Assembly: GCA_049325595.1 (NCBI GenBank)
Contig: JBMOLF010000010.1
Span: 160,001-224,000, forward strand
DNA length: 64,000 nucleotides
Direction of reading: 5' to 3'
From: Candidatus Babelota bacterium
Lineage (GTDB): Bacteria > Babelota > Babeliae > Babelales > Vermiphilaceae
Shown: one piece after another, positions 56,885-64,000 of the stretch
Layout of the letters: every line of letters begins with the position of its first letter
How positions within the stretch are numbered: position 1 is the stretch's first letter
Translations under genes and position numbers: made by a program
The notes under the pieces: model-generated
What the model was told of the DNA's origin: nothing
Seen by the model: the letters and a program-made list of their open reading frames with translations, nothing else
The model's database searches: none

Positions 56885-58472
56885 TTTTCTTAGTTCTAAG
56901 ATTGCAAATGGTGATTATAGTAAGACAACATGCTAAGGAAATGCTAAATGAGATAAAAAAATTCATTGCTAATGAGTAATGTATTAAGGTGCCACTAACC
57001 AAATAAGCAATAAACGTAGAAAATAATGCTGGTGCTGCATAAAATAACTGAGTGTAAGTATGATCAACCGGATAGCATCCTGCACTTGAAGCAGACATGA
57101 TTGTTGTTTCAGATATAGGAGATAAATGATCACCTGCGGTTGCTCCAGAGAATAGGGCGCCTAGCAGGGGAAATAAAAGAGGAATCAGATGGGGTGTTAT
57201 TGGTGTTGGTAATTCAAATAAAGATGTTAGCATTTGTGTTGCAATGGGAACCATAAGTGCAATAGTTCCCCATGAGGTACCGGTAATAAAGGCTATTAAA
57301 AAAGCTATGCAGTAAAAAATAACAGGAAGTAAGTAAATAGGTAATGTATTAAATACTAAATGGGCCAAGTATGTTCCAGTTTTTAAATCATTACGAAGAA
57401 TTATACCAAGAGTTGACGCTAAAAAGACCATAATAACAGGCGATCGCATTAACTCTATACCATCTTTAAATAAAATAATTCCTTTTTTTAATGAAATAGA
57501 GCGAGTTAAAAGTGCCAAGATAATACTGATTAACAAAGTTATAAAACCAGATAAAAATAATACAAAAAAGGGTTGAGTATTTAATTTAAAAGCATCTAAT
57601 AAGCTATGTTTTCCTCCCAGAAGATGATAGCCCCCAGAATAAGCTGTGCCAATAAGAAAGGTTATGATTAAAGTGAGCAGGGGAATGAGCAAAAAATAAA
57701 CTTTTCCTTCAATGTAAGGCTCTGTTTGACCTGATTTTAAAGGTTTTTTTCCTCCAAAAAGATTATTGGTTCTTTGTGCAATTAATTCGTGATAATGCAT
57801 TGGCCCATAAGAAATTTTTTTTAATACGATATACCAAGTACTTGCAATTATCAAAAAAGAGTAAAAAATAAATGGTAATGATCCTAAATAAATATAAAAA
57901 GGGTCAGCTAATATTTTTGTATTCTCATTAGCTAAGGGAGAGACTCCTGCTTGATCAAGCTGGCTAGTTATAAGAGCTACCCAACTAGATACAAGACCAA
58001 GTATTACAATAGGTCCCCCAAACGAATGAATAAGGAAAGCTAATTTTGCTCGGGGTATTTTAAATTTATCACAAATAGGACGCATTACATGTCCTGTTGT
58101 TAAATAACTTAAGTAATCATCTATAAAAAGAATGCTAGATAATGACATAGTCGCTATTTGAGCTGATTTGGCTGAACGTAACCTTTTGCCTATTTGATGT
58201 GCAAATGCAGCAGCGCCACCAGTGTAATTAATTATAGTTATAATTATGCCAAGCATAAGTAAAAATGAATACAGATATAAATTTTCAACATCGGTAATTT
58301 GAAAAAAGAACTTTTTACTTAATAAGGCAATGCTATCAATTAATGAGAATTTAGTAGCAATCAAAGCACTAGTAATTAATCCTAAGATTAGTGAAATATT
58401 AAGCTTTCTAGTCAAAAATGTAGCAAAAAGCACTAAAAATGGGGGTAACAAAACAAGCCAACTTGGTTGCAT
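56868..58472 (-). CDS. NhaC-family Na+/H+ antiporter-like (probable solute/amino-acid) transporter
   Basis: SWLVLLPP, IFIDDY-like ILFIDDY, GTSWGT, GDHLSPISETTIMSAS. Confidence 0.9.
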   Translation of the reverse strand: MQPSWLVLLPPFLVLFATFLTRKLNISLILGLITSALIATKFSLIDSIALLSKKFFFQITDVENLYLYSFLLMLGIIITIINYTGGAAAFAHQIGKRLRSAKSAQIATMSLSSILFIDDYLSYLTTGHVMRPICDKFKIPRAKLAFLIHSFGGPIVILGLVSSWVALITSQLDQAGVSPLANENTKILADPFYIYLGSLPFIFYSFLIIASTWYIVLKKISYGPMHYHELIAQRTNNLFGGKKPLKSGQTEPYIEGKVYFLLIPLLTLIITFLIGTAYSGGYHLLGGKHSLLDAFKLNTQPFFVLFLSGFITLLISIILALLTRSISLKKGIILFKDGIELMRSPVIMVFLASTLGIILRNDLKTGTYLAHLVFNTLPIYLLPVIFYCIAFLIAFITGTSWGTIALMVPIATQMLTSLFELPTPITPHLIPLLFPLLGALFSGATAGDHLSPISETTIMSASSAGCYPVDHTYTQLFYAAPALFSTFIAYLVSGTLIHYSLAMNFFISFSISLACCLTIITICNLRTKKNEIPE

Positions 58473-58554
58473 AAAATATCCTTATTAATTGATAATAACT
58501 TATTTGAAATTAAGAAATGAGAATAAAAAATACAAGAAAATAGGTTTTTGCCCC

Positions 58555-58620
58555 TTAGGGCTTTCGATGCGAGAAAAGTGAAAAAATATTATTTATCTTA
58601 TAATTGATCGCAATACTCAT
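58555..58620 (-). CDS. Candidate 21-aa leader peptide MSIAINYKINNIFSLFSHRKP
   Basis: Own translation; ATG lies 7 nt after a -10 box; stop codon sits in a small GC hairpin. Confidence 0.4.
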   Translation of the reverse strand: MSIAINYKINNIFSLFSHRKP

Positions 58621-58627
58621 GCCTAAA

Positions 58628-58656
58628 CTTATAATTCTTTTTGGCGTATTTGTCAA
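58628..58656 (-). promoter_or_regulatory. sigma70-type promoter for NhaC-family transporter unit
   Basis: Minus strand TTGACA-17bp-TATAAG. Confidence 0.65.
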
Positions 58657-58684
58657 TTAATTGCCAATTTTAATGGTTTAGCAT

Positions 58685-58713
58685 TTGACTATGTTTTTAT
58701 TTTTATTTACCCT
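58685..58713 (+). promoter_or_regulatory. rplM promoter
   Basis: TTGACT-17bp-TACCCT. Confidence 0.55.
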
Positions 58714-58787
58714 AATACCTAGAGCTTCGTTCAGTCTCTTTCCAACAAAAATTACAGTAGTGCTTATAGTAGTTCAAAAGGTTTCTT

Positions 58788-59234
58788 ATGGATATGAATC
58801 GCGCATTCATTTTGCGAAAAGAAGATAGAAATCCTCAATGGCGTGTGATTGATGCAAAAGGTCAAACACTTGGCCGTATGGCAACTCAGATTGCGGATAT
58901 TTTAAGAGGTAAAGACAAACCATATTTTACACCTCATACTGATTGTGGTGATTATGTAGTTGTAATCAATGCAAAAGATGTTGTGTTAACTGGCAATAAG
59001 TGGAACGATGAAAATTGGCATACGTGGTATACCGGTTGGATTGGTGGCTACAAAACTATGAGTGCCAAGGATTTATTGCAAAAAGATCCGGAAAAGTTTT
59101 TTAATTTGGCGGTAAAAGGTATGCTTCCAAAAAATAAGCTAAGCCGTCAATTGATTAAGAAATTAAAAGTATATGCTGGAGAGCAACATCCACATATGGG
59201 TCAAAAACCTACTGCAATGGAAATTGCAGAATAA
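58788..59234 (+). CDS. rplM: 50S ribosomal protein L13
   Basis: WRVIDA, LGRMAT, LRGKDKP, TPHTDCGD, GMLPKN. Confidence 0.98.
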   Translation: MDMNRAFILRKEDRNPQWRVIDAKGQTLGRMATQIADILRGKDKPYFTPHTDCGDYVVVINAKDVVLTGNKWNDENWHTWYTGWIGGYKTMSAKDLLQKDPEKFFNLAVKGMLPKNKLSRQLIKKLKVYAGEQHPHMGQKPTAMEIAE

Positions 59235-59236
59235 TT

Positions 59237-59278
59237 AAAAATAAGGCGCGGTTTTTTATACCGCGCCTTATTTTTTTT
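59237..59278. terminator. Bidirectional intrinsic terminator (rplM / rseP)
   Basis: AAAAATAAGGCGCGGT...ACCGCGCCTTATTTTT long inverted repeat. Confidence 0.92.
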
Positions 59279-59280
59279 AT

Positions 59281-60429
59281 TTATTTTAATTTGAAAAATA
59301 TCATTAGCTTTTCTAAATAAGGGGTAATGATTTTCATCAGATCGTTATAACTTAAATAAATAAGTAAAGCCAAGATTAAAAGCCAGCTTGCAAGATGAAT
59401 ATATTCTTTAATCTTGATCGGAATTGGTCTTCTAATAATTGCTTCTACCAAAGAAAATAGTATTTGGCCACCATCTAAAATAGGTAGCGGTAACAAATTT
59501 AATACCGCTAAATTTATGCTAATGATAGCGAGTATTAGTAAATAAATGCCAAATCCTTGCCCAGCTCCTTTCATAGTTACTGCCATAACTGCCAAAGGTC
59601 CTCCCATATTGCTTACATCTTTTTTTACAAATATGTTCTTATAGGCTTTAGCTGTCATAATTATATAGTTATTAGTTAAGCGAAAGGCATTTTTTATGCT
59701 TTCTATAATTGAATAGGCTGGTACTTCAATAATATCAAAAACTATTCCCATCATGCCGGTGTCAGTTCCGCCGATAGTAATAGGCTTTTCTTGGGTTTGC
59801 CCATCTCGTTTTATAGTGATGGAAGTCCTTTTTCCCGCTAATGGTTTTATAGTCTCAATAATATGTGGCACAGCATCGTGGCTATCCTGAATACTTTGTC
59901 CATCAATAGCTAGAATTTGATCTCCAGGTAAAATATTTGCTTCTTCTGCAGGGGAAGCCTTTACTACTTCTGCAACTACTGGGCGTGTATTAAAAGGATA
60001 TAATAAGGGGCTTTTTGGCATGCCTAACATAAATAATAAGGTCAAGGCGCCATAAGCAAATGCTAAATTAAATAATATCCCCCCGAGCATTACGAGCAGT
60101 TTTTGATATAAGGGTTTTTGGTTAAATGACTGAGGATCAGTGGCATGGGCTTCTTCTTGTTTTCCCTGACCTAGTTCAGCTGATCCAGCTATTTCAACAT
60201 AGCCGCCCAAAGGGATTGCGGATAAAGCAAATTCAGTTTCTCCAATTTTTTTCTTTATAAGTCTTGGACCAAAACCAATGGAAAATGAAGGAGTACGTAT
60301 ATTAAATAATTTACAAAATAAAAAATGACCTAATTCATGAAATCCAATCAGAAATCCAATGCCAAGAATTCCAGCTAAGCTAAAAAAAAGTTTTTGCATT
60401 AGTAATATAACAGCGCGCGCTAAAATCAT
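59281..60429 (-). CDS. rseP: RIP metalloprotease RseP (site-2 protease with PDZ)
   Basis: HELGH, FSIGFGP, IPLGGYV, PDZ domain, NLLPLPILDGG. Confidence 0.93.
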   Translation of the reverse strand: MILARAVILLMQKLFFSLAGILGIGFLIGFHELGHFLFCKLFNIRTPSFSIGFGPRLIKKKIGETEFALSAIPLGGYVEIAGSAELGQGKQEEAHATDPQSFNQKPLYQKLLVMLGGILFNLAFAYGALTLLFMLGMPKSPLLYPFNTRPVVAEVVKASPAEEANILPGDQILAIDGQSIQDSHDAVPHIIETIKPLAGKRTSITIKRDGQTQEKPITIGGTDTGMMGIVFDIIEVPAYSIIESIKNAFRLTNNYIIMTAKAYKNIFVKKDVSNMGGPLAVMAVTMKGAGQGFGIYLLILAIISINLAVLNLLPLPILDGGQILFSLVEAIIRRPIPIKIKEYIHLASWLLILALLIYLSYNDLMKIITPYLEKLMIFFKLK

Positions 60430-60752
60430 TTGTTAACTCCTGTAATTTAATTAGTAACAGTAAATTGCTGTTATTAATAATATGTTACAACTCTCATTCA
60501 GAAAAAGTATTTTATAATTATTCATTTACAACGAATTATTTTAAAAATTCTAAAAGTAATGAAAAAAATATAAACTAATTGTTACACATAGTGTTTCTGC
60601 ACTTTCCATTTTGCTAATTATTCTTGAAAAAATTATCAAAAAGGGTAAAATACATTTACCTTTGTTTGCTTGATTTGGGGGTTAAGCAAAAAAATTGGGA
60701 ATTTTTGCTAACACATTATATCACCCTTTAAATTTAATAGGAACGTTAAAGT

Positions 60753-61133
60753 ATGCCCACAATAAATCAACTTTGTCGGTTGGGAAGAAAGAGCGTAAAA
60801 AGCAAGTCAAAAAGCGCAGCGCTAAAAGGCCAACCGCAAGCTCGTGGCGTTTGTACTCGTGTTTTTACAACAACGCCAAAAAAACCAAACTCAGCATTAC
60901 GTAAGGTTGCTCGTGTTAAGTTGTCTACTGGAATAGAAATTACCGCTTATATACCAGGTGAAGGCCACAATCTTCAAGAACACTCTGTTGTGCTTGTTCG
61001 TGGTGGTCGCGTTCCAGATCTTCCAGGTGTAAAATATCATATTGTTCGCGGAACATTGGATTCTGCCGGCGTAGAAAAGCGTAGACAAGCGCGCTCCTTG
61101 TATGGTGCTAAGCGTCCAAAGGAAAGGGGTTAA
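60753..61133 (+). CDS. rpsL: 30S ribosomal protein S12
   Basis: [27 protein letters not shown]. Confidence 0.99.
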   Translation: MPTINQLCRLGRKSVKSKSKSAALKGQPQARGVCTRVFTTTPKKPNSALRKVARVKLSTGIEITAYIPGEGHNLQEHSVVLVRGGRVPDLPGVKYHIVRGTLDSAGVEKRRQARSLYGAKRPKERG

Positions 61134-61136
61134 TAT

Positions 61137-61625
61137 ATGCCTAGACGTAAAAAAGAAGGTGTCAGCTTTAAGCGTGATGTCGGTGTAGATACTCGTTATG
61201 GCTCTCCTGTAATACAAAAATTAATAAATGTAGTTATGTGGCGCGGCAAAAAAAATGCAGCCCGCACCATAGTTTATGATGCTATTGATGTTCTTATTAA
61301 AAAGTCAAATGGCGACAAAAATAAGGCATTAGAGTTATTTTTCAGAGCTCTTGATCAATTAGTTCCGCATGTTGAGGTTCGTCCTCGCCGTGTTGGTGGT
61401 AGTGTTTATCAAATTCCAATGGAAGTAAACCCTGATCGTGCGCGTGCATTAGCTATGCGTTGGTTAATAGGTGCAGCTAAAGAGCGTTCAGATAAGACTA
61501 TGGGAATTCGCCTTGCGCATGAATTGCTTGATGCTGTTGAGGGGCGTGGTGGCGCAGTTAAGAAAAAAATTGATGTACATAGAATGGCAGAAGCAAACAG
61601 AGCGTTTTCTCACTATGCCTGGTAG
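61137..61625 (+). CDS. rpsG: 30S ribosomal protein S7
   Basis: RRVGGSVYQIP, HRMAEANRAFSHY. Confidence 0.99.
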   Translation: MPRRKKEGVSFKRDVGVDTRYGSPVIQKLINVVMWRGKKNAARTIVYDAIDVLIKKSNGDKNKALELFFRALDQLVPHVEVRPRRVGGSVYQIPMEVNPDRARALAMRWLIGAAKERSDKTMGIRLAHELLDAVEGRGGAVKKKIDVHRMAEANRAFSHYAW

Positions 61626-61640
61626 TAATTAAGGAACACT

Positions 61641-63704
61641 ATGAGTAATCGGCTAGAAAAATATAGAAATATAGGTATTGCAGCACACATTGATGCTGGT
61701 AAAACGACTGTTTCCGAGCGTATTCTTTTTTATACGGGTATCTCGCATAAGATTGGTGAAGTGCACGAAGGTGCTGCTACCATGGACTGGATGGAGCAAG
61801 AGCGTGAGCGTGGTATTACCATCACTTCCGCGGCTACAACTTGCGAGTGGAAGGGGCATCACATAAATTTAATTGACACCCCGGGACACGTCGACTTTAC
61901 TATTGAAGTAGGTCGTTCTTTGCGTGTGCTTGACGGTATGGTGGCTGTTTTTAGTGGTGTTGATGGTGTTCAGCCTCAATCTGAAACGGTATGGAGACAA
62001 GCAAATAGATATCGTGTTCCTCGTATAATTTTTGTAAATAAGCTTGATCGTATTGGGGCTGATTTTCTCAAGGTTGTTGACGATATTAATACCAAGTTGG
62101 GCGCAAATGCTGTTGCTATGCAATTGCAAGTTGGTATGTCAGAAGATTTTTATGGAATAATTGATCTTCTCTCGCGTAAAATGGCTACTTTTGATGGGGA
62201 AATGGGATCTATTGTTAAATGGTCTGATGTTCCAGCAGAATTTGCCGATCGCGTTGAAGAACTGCGTACCAAAATAGTAGAAGCGGCTTGTGATGTTGAT
62301 GACAAGTTGGCTGAAAAATTCTTAAATGAAGAAGAAATTGCTGTAGAAGAAATTAAAAAAGCTCTTCGCAAGGCAGTGATTGAACGTAAGGTAGTTCCAG
62401 CATTTTGTGGAACCGCTTTTAAAAACAAGGGTGTTCAATTAATGCTTGATGGGGTAATAGACTTTCTTCCATCTCCACTTGATGTTCCGCCTGTTGCTGG
62501 TATAGACCCAGATACAAAGCTTGAGATAGAAAGACCTGCTGATGTAAATGGGCCATTTGCTGCATTAGTCTTCAAAATTATGACAGATCCTTTTGTTGGA
62601 GTGTTAAATTTTATCCGTGTTTATTCAGGAGAATTGAAGGCCGGCTCTTATGTTTATAATATGCGTACACGTAGCAAAGAGCGAATTAGTCGTCTTGTAA
62701 GAATGCACGCAAATCAACGAGAAGAAATTGGTTCGATACAAGCGGGTGATATTGCGGCAATTGTAGGCGCAAAAGACTCCATTACTGGAGATACTCTTGC
62801 TGCAGAAAATAGCCCTATATTGCTTGAATCTATTGACATTCCAGCACCAGTAATTTCAGCTTCAATAGAGCCAAAAAATAAAGCTGATTATGAAAAGATG
62901 ACATTAACATTGAAAAAGTTAATGCAAGAAGATCCTTCATTTAGATTTTCTTATAATGAAGAAACTGGCCAAACTATTATCGAAGGTATGGGTGAGCTTC
63001 ATCTTGAAATTAAAGTTGATTTATTAAAACGAGATCACAAGATAGATGTAGTCCAAGGTAAGTTGCAAGTTGCTTACAAAGAAACTGTACAAAAGCCAGT
63101 TGAGGCGGAAGGTAAATTTATTAGACAGTCTGGTGGTAGAGGTCAATACGGACACGTATGGCTTAAATTAGAACCGCTAGAAAGAGGTAAAGGCTTTGAG
63201 TTTGTAAATGCAATAGTTGGTGGTACTATCCCACGTGAATATATTCCAGCTGTTGAAAAAGGTTTGCAAGAAGCAATTCAAACCGGTATCTTAGGTGGGT
63301 ATCCTGTTGTTGATATTAAAGCAACATTATATGATGGTTCATACCATGATGTTGACTCATCTGAAATGGCCTTTAAGGTTGCTGCATCTATGGCGTTCAA
63401 AGCTGCTATGGCTAAAGCTTCTCCTGTTTTACTAGAGCCTATTATGAAGGTTGAGGTTGAGACCCCTGAAGAATACATGGGTGATGTGATGGGTGCTCTT
63501 AATTCAAAACGTGGTAGAATACTTGGAATGGAAGCTAAAGGAACGGGACAAGTTATTGCTGCTGAGGTTCCATTGGCTGAAATGTTTGGTTATGCTACTG
63601 AACTTCGCTCAATGACCAAGGGTCGTGCAAGTTATTCGATGGATTTTGAATGCTATCGCGAAGTTCCTAAAAATGTGCAAGAAGCTGTTGTAGAAAAAAA
63701 ATAA
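61641..63704 (+). CDS. fusA: Elongation factor G
   Basis: [38 protein letters not shown]. Confidence 0.99.
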   Translation: MSNRLEKYRNIGIAAHIDAGKTTVSERILFYTGISHKIGEVHEGAATMDWMEQERERGITITSAATTCEWKGHHINLIDTPGHVDFTIEVGRSLRVLDGMVAVFSGVDGVQPQSETVWRQANRYRVPRIIFVNKLDRIGADFLKVVDDINTKLGANAVAMQLQVGMSEDFYGIIDLLSRKMATFDGEMGSIVKWSDVPAEFADRVEELRTKIVEAACDVDDKLAEKFLNEEEIAVEEIKKALRKAVIERKVVPAFCGTAFKNKGVQLMLDGVIDFLPSPLDVPPVAGIDPDTKLEIERPADVNGPFAALVFKIMTDPFVGVLNFIRVYSGELKAGSYVYNMRTRSKERISRLVRMHANQREEIGSIQAGDIAAIVGAKDSITGDTLAAENSPILLESIDIPAPVISASIEPKNKADYEKMTLTLKKLMQEDPSFRFSYNEETGQTIIEGMGELHLEIKVDLLKRDHKIDVVQGKLQVAYKETVQKPVEAEGKFIRQSGGRGQYGHVWLKLEPLERGKGFEFVNAIVGGTIPREYIPAVEKGLQEAIQTGILGGYPVVDIKATLYDGSYHDVDSSEMAFKVAASMAFKAAMAKASPVLLEPIMKVEVETPEEYMGDVMGALNSKRGRILGMEAKGTGQVIAAEVPLAEMFGYATELRSMTKGRASYSMDFECYREVPKNVQEAVVEKK

Positions 63705-63738
63705 ATATATATTTAATTAGTCTTTAGGAGATCACACA

Positions 63739-64000
63739 ATGTCAAGAGACGTTTTTGTGCGAAAAAAGCCCCATTTGAACGTAGGTACAATTGGGCACGT
63801 TGACCATGGTAAGACTACCTTAACTGCGGCAATTACTAAATATCTTTCTGAAAAAGGTTTAGCAAACTTCAGAGCATTTGATCAAATTGATAATGCTCCA
63901 GAAGAAAGAGAACGTGGTATTACCATTGCGATCTCACACGTTGAATATGAAACTGACAAACGTCACTATGCGCACGTAGATTGTCCTGGTCACGCTGACT
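63739..64000 (+). CDS. tuf: Elongation factor Tu (3' truncated by window)
   Basis: AGGAG RBS; own translation [31 protein letters not shown]...RGITI...[12 protein letters not shown]. Confidence 0.98.
   Translation, partial: MSRDVFVRKKPHLNVGTIGHVDHGKTTLTAAITKYLSEKGLANFRAFDQIDNAPEERERGITIAISHVEYETDKRHYAHVDCPGHAD

Noticed and set aside
60664..60694. Hairpin TTTGCTTGA...TTAAGCAAA upstream of rpsL and the 69-aa ORF at 60695
   Set aside because: Could be an ordinary leader structure but no recognisable family; the ORF overlaps rpsL out of frame

Overview
Low-GC bacterial core-genome window with no mobile element, CRISPR array or prophage. It holds a complete rrn operon (16S-tRNAIle-tRNAAla-23S-5S), the tRNA/rpmG-secE-nusG-rplKAJL-rpoBC-tRNAVal-rpsO-pnp-rph cluster, ffh-rpsP-trmD-rplS, the start of the str operon (rpsL-rpsG-fusA-tuf), scattered repair and cell-wall genes, and several orphan ORFs with signal peptides. 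The divergent rRNA, broken-up operons and orphan secreted proteins resemble Candidatus Dependentiae/Babelota (TM6, protist parasites); this is my impression, not a search result. Most notable: (1) a cdaA-cdaR-glmM-type operon whose CdaA-like protein lacks both catalytic motifs (DGA, RHR); (2) a candidate leaderless 21-aa leader peptide ending HRKP-stop upstream of an NhaC-family transporter; (3) a T9 tract that puts a signal peptide out of frame with its secreted protein; (4) a Cys-rich zinc-ribbon insert in RpoB; (5) substitutions at conserved antibiotic-target sites in RpoC, S12 and rRNA, some with compensatory base changes. Family assignments and E. coli numbering come from motif recognition by eye.
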